DNA of 64,000 nucleotides from Antedon mediterranea (taxonomy: Eukaryota > Animalia > Echinodermata). Positions 1-12,621 of this stretch are shown here, in pieces (the stretch's first letter is position 1; each line of letters starts with the position of its first letter). The position numbers were made by a program, and so were the translations under genes. The notes beneath the pieces were generated by a model. It made no database searches. It was given only the letters and a program-made list of their open reading frames with translations, and was not told the origin of the DNA. The stretch covers positions 372,001 to 436,000 of the forward strand of contig NC_092680.1 in the NCBI RefSeq assembly GCF_964355755.1, in the 5' to 3' direction.

Positions 1-93
1 ACTGTAAAGGCAAAAATGTTCGCACCTCCGTCATTTTCCTTATGCGTATGTAGAATGTAAAAATAATTTGATCTTTATTTAATCTTTTTTCAG

Positions 94-3000
94 ATTAAAA
101 AGTTGGTTTATGTTTATCTTGTACGTTATGCTGAAGAACAGCAGGACCTTGCTCTGCTATCAATTAGTACATTCCAAAAAGCACTCAAGGTAATTCGATC
201 ATTTTTCTACCAAATATAAAGTTAAAACCTCCTGATAAGCATGTTTTCTTGTGACAATTATCCTTAGCAATAGGTCTAAAATAGAATAATAATGAAAATT
301 AATGTAAGTGAGAAAATAACCTGCAATTGCTCACAGGTGTGGACGACAATCAGGATAATAACTATAAAATTTTAGGCGCTATCGTGCGGACAAACAAAGA
401 AAGTACTTGTTTGTAATATTAATTGCTATCCACAATACAATACATTATGATTTGAAATTACCAAAATCATACAGAAACTAAATAATTATAACTGTATACT
501 TTCTGTGTATATACAGGATCCAAACCAGTTTATTCGAGCATCAGCTCTACGAGTTTTGTCTTCGATTCGAGTAACCATCATCATTCCAATCATGATGCTT
601 GCGTTAAAAGACAGCGTGACAGACATGTCGCCATATGTGAGAAAGACGGCCGCGCATGCCATCCCGAAAATGTACAGCCTGGATCCAGAACAAAGAGATC
701 AACTCATAGAAGTTATTGAAAAACTACTCTCAGATAAAACAACAGTAAGCATTTTTTCTTAATTTTTTATTTACTATACAAATAAATAATACTAAACTTG
801 ATCTGCATATATATTTCAAGAACTCATTTATTTTTGTAGTGATTATGTTTTATTTTAAAAAAATATATAATGTTGATATGTATAATCAAATAAATACCCC
901 CTAGAACAAATATAAAACAATTAATATCAAGAAGTTCAATTTTTGGAATTAATGAGGATCGTAGTGTTAAATCAATTAATCATAAATATTTCACCTCTCT
1001 GACACAATTGTTTACTTTTATCAGTTGGTAGCTGGAAGTGTTGTGATGGCTTTTGAAGAGGTTTGTCCTGAAAGAATCGACCTAGTTCACAAGAATTTTC
1101 GCAAACTCTGCAATTTGTTGATCGATGTGGAAGAGTGGGGACAGATTTCAATCATCAATATGTTGACACGTTATGCCCGCACCCAATTTCTAGATCCAAA
1201 CAAAGCTGTAAGTATGGGTTTTTTTTATTAATAATTAGTAAACACATTTTTTAGCTAATTTTCTTTTTTATGATGAAAATTTTTTTTTTTTTTTTTATTA
1301 AACAAATTTGTACAAATATCATAGTAGTTTTGCAGAAAGATGAAATAAGCAAGTTACCTCACTACTGAGCTACCATGTCACTACTACATGTTTGATCCAA
1401 AACATGACTGGGGTAATAATGTGCAGCGCATTGAGAGCTTGGTTATATACGCTATATAAGAATGGACTATTATTATTATTATTAGTAATACATTTTTCCT
1501 AACTCCAACCTCTTTAAGGATTACATTCAAGAAGAAAATGAAAAATCATTTTATGGATCTGAAGATGATGAAAAAAAGGAGGATGAAGGCGAAGAAGAAG
1601 GAGAAAAGAAAATACCATATGTAATGGATGCTGATCATAGACTGTTGCTAAGGAGTGCCAAGCCATTGCTACAAAGCAGAAACTCAGCTGTAAGTTATTA
1701 GGGAGCGTTACTTTGCACCAACCGCCGACCATCCCCTGCCTAGGTAAGGTCAATCGGCCAATTGTCAAATGAGACTGCCCAAAATGGCCGCTTTTTCCTG
1801 ATCAAATTTTGTGCAACCCTTCCATTTTATGTTTTTGATACACCAATGAATAACTGCCAAGTTTTAGAATGTTATCACAATTTTCCTCAAATAAGCATCT
1901 TGACAGGCCTACTTCTTTTGTATAATAAACAAGATGACTATTACGGTTAGCTCAGGTTAGCTCAGTCGACTGCTTTTATCCCATAAGGACAGTGATATCA
2001 AGTTTCTTATTAGTGAGATTAGAAACCTGATATCACTGTTCTTAGAGGTAAAAGTATTGGGTGGAATAGTTCCTCCTGCAAAATGTTATTTAATTTGTAT
2101 TCTTTTAACAGGTTGTAATGGCTGTAGCTCAACTGTACCATCACATCGCTCCTAAGAGTGAAGTTGGCATAGTAGCCAAGGCCCTTGTCCGACTCCTTCG
2201 TGGTCACCGGTAAGCCATTCAGTGTTTGAAATACTCTACCTTTTATCATGTTATTCTTCTGTTCTATTCACATTGGTATACTAAATTTTAAACATTTGTT
2301 TTTATAGTGAAGTGCAATCTATCGTTTTAAGCAACATTGCCACGCTCAGTGCTAAACGCAGAGGAATGTTCGAGCCGTATCTGAAAAGTTTTTTTGTGCG
2401 CTCAAATGACCCAACTCATATTAGGCTTCTGAAGCTGGAGATATTGACCAACATTGCTGGTGAGACCAGTATTTCCACTATACTTAGAGAATTCCAGGTT
2501 AGTTTATGTCATCATTCAGCACATATGAATACTATTAAGCAGGGCAGATCCAGCATTATAGATTAGGGAGGCTAAATATTTCATAAATGATAAAAACGAT
2601 CTGTCAGGTTGCAGAAAAATAAAAAAGACATGGCTGTTAAATTTTAGAACCTGTTTAGCTTCTGCCCAAACCATAGATAGATATAGAGATGAAAATCTAG
2701 GAAGTACAAATATGGTACAAAAATGTAAACATTATATACACTAATAGTATTATATTAAGTGTAAAAATAGTTATAGAGATACAAATCTAGAAAATTATAA
2801 ACATTATATACACTAATAGTAATATAGTAATCATTGTATAAATAGACCTTAGTGTAACCAAAAACTACTATTGAATTCTATATACTGATACTTGCACACA
2901 TTACACTAAACAAAATGATACAATTATCTTCTTCAAATATAATTAAATTATATTTGATACTTTTACAATGCACAGGTCTTCCAAATAGTAATGTTATTGA

Positions 3001-6000
3001 TTTATTACAGACTTATGTAACCAGCTCAGATCGTGATTTTGTGGCATCTACCATTCAAGCTATAGGCAGATGTGCGAGCAACATTAGTGAGGTCACAGAT
3101 TCATGCATGAATGGTCTGATGGGATTAATGTCAAACAGAGATGGTAAGAAAGCTATAAAAAAAAAATAAAAAACGATATAGAATTAACATAATTAAAAAA
3201 TATTTAAATTGATGTATTAGAGTAAACAATTTTTTCAGATAAAAGGTGATGAAAGAAACTGGACCAAATAAAGTGTAGCTCTTGACATTTGGTGTAGGGA
3301 CTATTGGTTAAAACCCATCACATGACGTGTCGATCACTTTGTTACATTCGATGTTTTGATTTTCTCACCAGTAGAGTAGTGCTCAAATGTTGTCACAGCT
3401 GAGTATTGCAAGGCGTGTTGTCTTTTAAATTTCACTTAAAATTACCTTTTGCAGAGGCTGTAGTAGCTGAGAGTGTTGTTGTGATTCGTAAACTGTTACA
3501 AATGAATCCAACAGAACATAAGGAGATTATCAGACACATGGCAAAACTTGCTGATGCAATTACAGTAAGACTTTTATTCACCTATCTACATGATTTTTAA
3601 TTTGTTTAACTTGCCTAAATAATGTGTATATTCTCTCTAAAGCTCTGTCTACACTATCAAACTTTATGTGACAAACAAATTTGATGTGCCCATATATGGT
3701 ATATTTGTTCTATTATGTTATAGAAAATAGTCTCAAACATTTTGTAAATACAGTAAAACCCCTCCTTTGGGACACGCCTATTAAGGGAGACACACCTATT
3801 CAGGGAGACACACCTATTCAGGGAGACACACCTATTCAGAGAGACACACCTATTCAGAGAGACACACCTATTAAGGGAGACACACCTATTAAGGGAGACA
3901 CACCTATTCAGGCAGACACACCTATTCAGGGAGACACACCTATTCAGGGAGACACACCTATTCAGGGAGACACACCTATTCAGGGAGACACACCTATTAA
4001 GGGAGACACCCCTATTAAGGGAGACACACCTATTAAGGGAGACACACCAATTCATGGAGACACACCAATTCATGGAGACACACCTATTCATGGAGACACC
4101 CCTATTAAGGGAGACACACCTATTAAGGGAGACACACCTATTAAGGGAGACACACGTATTCAGGGAGACACGCCTATTAACGGGAGACACGCCTATTAAC
4201 GGGAGACACGCCTATTAACGGGAGACACGCCTATTAAGGGAGACACGCCTATTAAGGGAGACACACCTATTAAGGGAGACACACCCATTAAGGGAGACAC
4301 ACCCATTAAGGGAGACACCCCTATTAAGGGAGACACCCCTATTAACGGGAGACACACCTATTAAGGGAGACACACCTATTCAGGGAGACACACCTATTAA
4401 GGGAGACACACCTATTAAGGGGACAATTTGTTGAGTGCCAAAGGTGTCCCATTAATACTGTAGTTTAAAACCAATTTAATTAACCAATCTCAGGCTTTCC
4501 CCAAAGTTTTCATTTTATTAGCTGGTGTTCTTTAAACATGGAAGATTCATAGATAGATTCGAAATTGGGTCAGAGTTCATTTATCTTGTATATTTGACTA
4601 GATTCCTATGGCAAGAGCTAGCATCCTGTGGCTTATTGGAGAATATTCAGAACATGTACCTAAGATAGCACCAGATGTCCTACGCAAGATGGCTAAGAAT
4701 TTTATCAACGAAGAAGACATAGTGAAGCTGCAAGTGTTGAATCTAGGAGCTAAACTTTATCTTACCAACTCAAAACAGGTAAGATGTGACACTCAATAGA
4801 ATTGATCACAATTCTAGGTTCTTTCTAAAATTGATCCATATAGGTCAAAAAATGTTCTTGCTTATACTTGTAGTACACTTAATGTAAAAAACAAGAACAC
4901 AGTAAAGTAGTACAGTATATCTTTTAATGTTCATTTTATTTAGTATTATTATATAATAACGTAGATAAACACAACAATAAAGAATTACAATGATTTAGAT
5001 TTAGTCCATGAAAGTTATAGTCAACTCTCCAAATACCAGACACCTTTGGGCTGGCCAAATATGTCTGATTTTTCCGGAAAGTCTGGTATTCTGAATGTGT
5101 GTTTAAAGGTATAAATTACTTTGGGACCTTTTTGACCTCAAGAAAAGTCTGGTTTTGGGAAAGTTTCTGGTTTTCAGAGTCCAATATTTAACAATGTCTG
5201 TATTAACATACAGATAATCAAAGTTATATAAATTTGTATATTTTTTTTCTCTCTATTTTTAAAGACAAAGCTACTATTCCAGTATGTTCTTAATCTTGCA
5301 AAGTATGACCAGAACTATGACATCCGTGATCGTTCGAGGTTCCTCCGACATCTTATTTTTCCTGGTGAGAAAGGAGGTGCTTTAAGCAAACATGCAAAGA
5401 AGATATTCTTAGCTTCCAAGCCTGCCCCTGTATTGGAATCTGTTTTTAAAGGTAACTTGTATGCATCATTTGTCATCAAAAATATAATCTAATTTTTAGG
5501 ATTATTATAATAAATCAGCCACTAATTGTGTTTGTCTTCAAATGGACATGCTGATTGAAGTTATTTTTAAAATTAAATTTTGTTGCCTTGTAGATCGTGA
5601 CCAGTATCAGCTTGGATCTCTTTCCCATGTAATCAACAGTAAGGCAAATGGATACATTGAGCTGCCAAATTTCCCAGATGTAGCACCAGACCCAACAGTC
5701 AGAAACGTTGAGGTAAGCAAATAACAACTTATCATTTCTTGAAAATTTCAACTTCCAACAAGCTATTTTCACAACAATTGTAAGAGTTGGATACACTGAA
5801 TAATTAAATGGTAATACAGATACAGATAAACTGGAAATTGCATTGCTCACTTATCACAAAAACAGATATAAAAATATTATTGAAATACTTGATATTTTAG
5901 GAGGTTATAACATGGTCTAAATCAAAAGATAAGGGTAAAAAAGCCAGGAAGCCCAAGTCATTTTACTCCAGTAGTTCTGAAGATGATGATGACGAAGATG

Positions 6001-9000
6001 AGACTAGCTCAGGTAAGAAATATTTATACATTCTCAATTTTAAAATAGTTATACAATAAAAAGGACAATAAGTGTTTAGTCATAGAATCAAGAACAACTA
6101 AATTACTGTGGTAATTGCAGATGCAAATGGGTTTATACTAAAAATAATAATTCATTCAATATCTGGAAAACATCCACGTAACATAATAATTTGTTTTGCA
6201 CTTTTTCATTAATTTCTTTAAAATCATGTTATCAACAGATGAAGGCTCCAGTAGTGAGTCCGACTCAGAATCTGGGTCCGAATCTGGAAGTGAATCGGAT
6301 AGCGGGTCAGAAGCAAGCAGTGCTGAAAGTGAGGCAAGTAATTCATCAATGGATACTGACAGGGAATCATCAGAGAGTGAATCAGAAGTATCGGAGAGTG
6401 ACAGCAGCAGCTCAGATAGTGACAGTGATTCAAGTGTTGAAAAACAACCTGTTAAAAAGGTAGGTCATTGACCGGGGTTTTATTTCTGTGAAATTATAAA
6501 ACTACCATGCCGTGAATTACTTTAACTTTTAATAAAGTAAGTAAATTCAAGATTAACTTTATTGTCGCATACAAATATTTGTTAGTTAAAGAAGAAATAT
6601 TAAATATATACAGTATAAAACGCAACACCACCTAATATAATTTATCTTGAAAAATTTACATTATAGAGCTGACATGCAATCCTTCATAGCAAGAAATTAC
6701 TCCTTATTTATTATTTTAAAATTTAGAGTTCACCAACAAAAAGAAAAACAGCTAAAAAGGAAGCAACGCCATCAAAGAAGTCTACACCTAAGAAAAAAGA
6801 ACCTGAAATGCAACTTCTAGATTTTGGCGATGATGGTGAGTACACTTGAATATGTATCAAGCTAAAAAGTTGGATCATTATTAGATAGTACTTTTTATTT
6901 TGTTTGTTAAGTACAGCGCTTTATCTTACAGGAAAAGTTCTGTGTAGATTCTTATTTGGTTTCACACCTGGGGCACTGCCTTTTTATATGTCATTGTTTT
7001 GTATTCGTTGGATGGTGAGAATATTTCAATCGATGAAATATTGACTGCTTTATTTAACGAGGCCTCATAACAAATATTCTCCACCATCCAACTCATAAAC
7101 ATTCATTATTTGTCCTTTATTAATTCATCTCATATATTTTGATATATATTTTTGTTTTATCTCTTTATATTGATGGTACCGGGTTCAAAAAATTAAATTT
7201 AAATTTTTTGATTATGACATAAAATAAATACCTTTTGTATTTTAGTTGGCGACACTGCTGTTCCAGCTGGTGCTGCCCCTCCTGCTGCTGCCATAAATTC
7301 CGTCTTGATACCAACAATAGCTACTGATCTACAAGGCTTATCACTTAATGATAATAATTCTTCAGGCCTATCAGTGAGTATTTCTAGTATGCTGTTATGT
7401 TTTACTACCCTTCTTATCTGTTTATATTTATTATTAAAGAGTAGCTAAATACAACAAAATGTGATTTGAGATCAAAGATCAAGATTAAAAAAAATTGAAA
7501 TGGCCTCAAATCTTAAAATTTGCCAATTTTCAATACAAGTTGCCATACCAAGTTTTATGCTTCTAACCAAATTTGAAGTATTTTGGGTCTTAGGAGCTCC
7601 ACTAAACACACTTTGATACAATACAATTTTTGTAGACAACTGGTGCAATGTGCGTTCCATCCAAAACCTATGAGCTGTTGAACAGAATGAATAGTCAAGG
7701 CTTAACAGCATCTTACATGTTTAAGCGTCGTTCATCTATCTTCTCTACAACAATGGTAGCTGTGGAGATAACATTTACAAACAACAGTGATGCTCCAATA
7801 CAGTGTATCAAGATTGGTAAGTTTACTACAGAAATATTAGAATATGGATGTGTACTGCTAAGGAATCTAATGTAACAAAACATGTGTGTAAGCTTGTATG
7901 TGTTGTGATACCTTGTGCAACTAGCCCATGTTAACATGTGTGTAAGCTTGTATGTGTTGTGATACCTTGTGCAACTAGCCCATGTTAACATGTGTGTAAG
8001 CTTGTATGTGTTGTGATACCTTGTGCAACTAGCCCATGTTAACATGTGTGTAAGCTTGTATGTGTTGTGATACCTTGTGCAACTAGCCCATGTTAACATG
8101 TGTGTAAGCTTGTATGTGTTGTGATACCTTGTGCAACTAGCCCATGTTAACATGTGTGTAAGCTTGTATGTGTTGTGATACCTTGTGCAACTAGCCCATG
8201 TTAACATGTGTGTAAGCTTGTATGTGTTGTGATACCTTGTGCAACTAGCCCATGTTAACATGTGTGTAAGCTTGTATGTGTTGTGATACCTTGTGCAACT
8301 AGCCCATGTTAACATGTGTGTAAGCTTGTATGTGTTGTGATACCTTGTGCAACTAGCCCATGTTATTAAATGATTATATCACAAAACTGTATATTTAAAA
8401 CACCAAACAATTTGGGTAAAGTTTACTTGCAAAAAAGAAAATATATTTTTGTGTAATACAGTCAACTCTCCCAATACTGGGCTGGCCTAATATGTCTGGT
8501 TTTCCGAAAAGTCTGGTATTCTGAATGTGTTTCTAATAGCAAAAAGGAATTTTTGGAACTTTTGGGCCTCAAGAAAAGTCTGGTTTTGGGAGAGTTTCCG
8601 GTTTTCAGAGAGTATTGGGAGAGTTGACTGTAGTTAATCTAATATAATAATTACAACTTTATTTTTAGGTGAGAAAAAGTTGCAGGCAGGTATGACATTA
8701 CATGAGTTTAAAGAGATCACAAACTTAGAGTCAGGTGATTCCACCACAGTTAGTACAGGTATAGATTTCTGTGACACGATACAACCTGCAAACTTTGAAA
8801 TATGGTGAGTATCAACAATCAATCAATTATAGCGCAATCATTTGGTTGTTTTTTATTCAGATTTTGTAATGTAGTTTTTATTTATCCTATGGGTTGACCC
8901 TCAACTTGAGTCATTTGCAATTTTAAATAAAAACTACTAGGTATTTTAGTTCAATGTGGCTGTAGTGAATGTATTTTATGTGAAACATCACAAAAATAAA

Positions 9001-11248
9001 ATGAATCTCAATTATTATTTCTATTATTGTTATTATTTGAAATTGGCTTTTAGATTTGAATTTAAATATATTCTTTTTACTATTTAACTATTTTTTCTTT
9101 TTAATTTTGTTATATTCATACAACTTAGCATCACTGATGAGTTTGATACATGTGTGTAAGTTTTACAATAAGACTTTTTTTTTATTTCCCAAGTTTTTTA
9201 CTAACTATTTGATGGCTAACTCAACATTTTATAATTCCTTATGAATCGGTATATTTTTCCTCATTAATTAACAATGCCATTGGTTTACAGTTTGTTTATG
9301 CTATGTATTAAGCTCAGTCTACACTATCAAACCAGTGTTATGTGCCTAAATATGGTAGTGATATGCCCAAATATGGTAGTGATATGACATCATCATGTCC
9401 ATATATGGGCACATCACATAAGTTTGATAGTGTGGACAGAGCTTTACTAGTGCTATGCTACCTTACATATGAAGTATTGCCTTGTTTGTATACTCCCACA
9501 CCCAGAACAACTTGTTAACAATGATGTGTTTCCGAAACTTTTGCAAACTTCTACTTAAAGACCACTATTCCTAGTCTTAGTGATACCCATGTAAATATTG
9601 TTTTTAACTATTAGAAAACAAAGTAGTATTAAAAACAAAATCTTACCCATCCAAATGGGAAAAAATGTTATGTGGTGAAATTGTATGAGGTGTATGTAAT
9701 GGGGCTGTTGACAGTGAAAACAAATTATGGTACTTTTTTTAGGGAAATTGTCTGGTGTTCATAAATGGTATTTGATAATAATTATATTTACTGTAAAATA
9801 TCGTTTCTGTTATTGGATTATTTTGTGACTTTACTCTTTTATAGAATTGCATATCTTTATTCCCTTAATAAACGTTTTTTTCATCCAATATTAGTATTAA
9901 TATTTTCACAAGTGCAGAAGTATACTCTATTGAGTGCAATGGGGCAAAAAATTCCATGATGTGAAAGATGAAGGTTACATTTTTAGGGGGTGAAAGCTGA
10001 GTGAAAATATGACATTTCACCGAATGAACTTATTTGCCCTATTACACAAATATAAACATTATTTTAAACTGATCTAATTCTGGTTTTTTTCATGTTTTGT
10101 ATAGTAGTTGCCATTAAATAATATCATGTGACCCAATAATCATCCAATCAGTTTACAGAACTATACTTGTGTTATAAAATGTTTTAAATACTCAATTATT
10201 CAATAGCAAGTTTGGTTTTTTAACTTTTTTTCAACCTTTTTTACATTTTTATTTAGCTTAACAAAATTGTAAAGAGGTCATCTTCTTCCTAAGAATTTGT
10301 CCGTAAATTGTACATTAACCACACTACTAAAATTTGTACTTTTTTTGTTGAGAGTGAGCAGAAGGTGCTTACCATATGTAACATTTTGATAAAAACTGTA
10401 TTTTCATCAGGGGTTATAAATTTCTATATGTTCTGTACAATTTTTCATATTCTAAATTTATGCTAATTTTACATACTCGCACATAATTGTAATAATTTGA
10501 CTTTATTTCCTCTTTCAGCACGGAGTCAAGAAAATACAGCGTGAGCGTTAAATGTCCAGTCGGGGAACTCATCCAGCCTGCAATTATGAACGAAAGAGAC
10601 TTCCAAACACAACAAGGTATAACTTGTAGTTTTGTCTAAATTTCTTTAGATTTTATTTCATTTAATACAAAAATAAAAGGAGGACACATTTTGAATACAA
10701 TTTTGGAATTTGACATCAAGTAGACATATTATGCTGTAGTGAAAAACACTAGTATTACCGGTAGTTGCCTTTTCCTTGCACAGTCTGGTATCTGGCTTTG
10801 TTTTTTGCTGTTTGTGATCTTTTATACAGTACTCGATTTTATATTTATATATTTTTGGGTTTTTAAAATGAATTGTAAATATCCAATCTTATTTATTTAT
10901 ATATTGATTGCGAAAAAGAGGATGATTATTATTATTCAAATTATAATTTCAGGAAAGCTAGCTGGAATGAATGAAAACTCTGAGAAGGTTGATATTCCTG
11001 ACTCACTAAACAATCAGAAAGCAATCATGCAACGAGTCGGTGAAGTAGCCAACGTCCAAGTGGTACCACCGAGTGACCCTACCATTACCACATATCGGTT
11101 TGCTGGAAAGACCATATCGACCGGTACACCGGTGTTGGTCACTGTAAAAGCTGATGGCAATAAAAGTAAAATTACTGTAAACTGCGAGAAAATGATTATT
11201 GGAAATATGTTGCCTAAAGATATTAAAAAATCTATTCAAAAGCTGTGA
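94..11248 (+). CDS. AP3B1: AP-3 complex subunit beta (AP3B1/AP3B2 family), 5'-partial, multi-exon
   Basis: GT-AG exons in consistent phase: 94-189 ([32 protein letters not shown]), 517-744, 1025-1207, 1519-1689, 2112-2209, 2308-2497, 3011-3143, 3455-3564, 4602-4778, 5265-5451, 5594-5712, 5901-6012, 6239-6459 (Ser/acidic hinge), 6727-6835, 7246-7373, 7636-7816, 8669-8804, 10519-10616, 10953-11248 (TGA). The adaptin trunk, hinge and ear (KLAGMNE...[10 protein letters not shown]) match beta-3 adaptins. B1 vs B2 cannot be separated; probably the single pre-duplication ortholog. Confidence 0.95.
3771..4420. repeat. 18-bp minisatellite (GGGAGACACACCTATTAA), about 36 copies, in an AP3B intron
   Basis: Directly visible tandem units; gives the spurious (GDTPIK)n and (NRCVSL)n ORFs. 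Confidence 0.97.
5019..5200. mobile_element. Degraded copy of the Tc1/pogo-like MITE at 8459-8630
   Basis: Colinear with 8459-8630 (agtcaactctcc...aaagtctggtattctgaatgtg...aagaaaagtctggttttggga). Confidence 0.75.
7879..8364. repeat. 54-bp tandem repeat, 9 essentially identical copies, intronic
   Basis: Unit aacatgtgtgtaagcttgtatgtgttgtgataccttgtgcaactagcccatgtt; gives the 18-aa periodic ORF on the minus strand. Confidence 0.97.
8459..8630. mobile_element. Tc1/mariner(pogo)-type MITE
   Basis: Perfect 20-bp TIRs (cagtcaactctcccaatact / agtattgggagagttgactg), flanked by TA on both sides. Confidence 0.88.
9311..9443. mobile_element. PIF/Harbinger-type MITE, family A
   Basis: TIR agct(c/t)tgtctacactatcaaac ... 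gtttgatagtgt(a/g)gacagagct with a TTA/TTA target duplication; internal cccaaatatggtagtgatatg repeats. Related copies at ~3641-3700, 14284-14407, 15288-15538, ~40475-40555, ~40614-40728, ~46730-46764 and 50472-50584. Confidence 0.8.
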
Positions 11249-11937
11249 TGCTGTTAAAATATCCCCCTCCCTTTAGGACACCCCTTTTCAGGGGACACTT
11301 TCTCGTAAAATAAACGAGAGGCAATATACGTTTTAATACTAAAACCAACTCATATTCAAGGGACAGCCTAATTAAGGGGATAGTTTGTCAGGTGTCACAT
11401 TTAATAGAAGTTATACTGTATGTACAAATATTATCGTGTATAAAATATAAGATGCAATTTGATCTCTGTTATGTGTGTATATAATAAAGAACTATTGTTG
11501 TTCTACAATACCTTGCTGTCTCTAATATATATCTGCATATTAAGCAAAAGAGTTCAATTTTAGTGTACACAATTAGGTAAAATATATATAATATATTAAT
11601 TTGCAAAATATATAGAGAATGGCATGTTTACAATGGTAAGGTTGTAAACATGTCAAGAGATTAGTAACACGGTGTTGTTATGAAATTATAGGAAATAAAC
11701 AAGATTATGAAGAATAATATAAAGGATTGTATTTTTGATTAAATTAATTTTCTGTTAATTGATACATCCATAGTTGTTTTAGTATCCTTGTGATAATAAA
11801 TATGATATTGGTATTGTATGAATAACTTTGTGTTTTTAATAGTGAACCTGTAAAATTACATATTTCTTAAAATTATTATTATTTATTTTTTAATAATTTA
11901 ATAATAATACACTGTATAAGTATTTCAAACTATATGT

Positions 11938-12133
11938 TCACTATATTATCATGATCTCTTATTGGCTAGCACTATATTGTTGTGATCTCTTATTGGCTGA
12001 CACTATATTATCGTGATCTCTTATTGGCTAGCACTACATTATCCTCATTTATTATTGGCTAGCACTATATTATTGTGATCTCTTATTGGCTAGCACTATA
12101 TTATCCTCATCTCTTATTGGCTAGCACTATATT
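11938..12133. repeat. ~30-bp degenerate tandem repeat, about 6 copies, each containing ATTGG (inverted CCAAT)
   Basis: Unit ~cactatattatcgtgatctcttattggctag. Confidence 0.9.
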
Positions 12134-12621
12134 ACTTGTTTGCTTATAGTAAGTTGTTGCTTGTGCTCAAATACATTGTTTTTTTTTTTTTAGCAGTTTA
12201 CGAATTTCTGCTTCTGGACAGTGCGTAGAATGTTTGTGTAAACTTATTCGTAATATATAACTATGTAACGTAATGTTGGTACTTAAAGAAAGTAGTTTAC
12301 AATAACTTATGACCAAATAGTATATGCAGTAACTTTATTGCTATGAATAAATCTTGGAAAAACCTGTTTGTGTGTGTTTCGAATATTATTTGAAGTAATC
12401 ACAATAGACACCAAACTTTTTCAGACAATAAACTTGTACAATTTATGTACTACTAGGCAACCAGCCAACTCTAATGGATAGAATGTCACATGTCAGCCTG
12501 GTAGAGAAATATTGTTGATGGCGTGCTCCTCAAAGAAAACTCGAGCGAGGGTGTTTACGTACGTGTCTGTGGTATCAGCTCAGAGAGGTAACCTAGGCCT
12601 AGCCTAGATGTTTGAAACAAA

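Noticed and set aside
3657-4199. Repetitive ORFs (GDTPIK)n and (NRCVSL)n as antifreeze or structural proteins
   Set aside because: Products of an intronic 18-bp minisatellite; the AP3B frame is continuous without them.
6196-6471. Separate Ser/Asp-rich biomineralisation protein
   Set aside because: It is the acidic hinge exon of AP3B, with in-phase splice sites.
7713-8315. 200-aa minus-strand repeat protein
   Set aside because: Translation of an invariant 54-bp tandem repeat with no synonymous variation; it overlaps an AP3B exon antisense.
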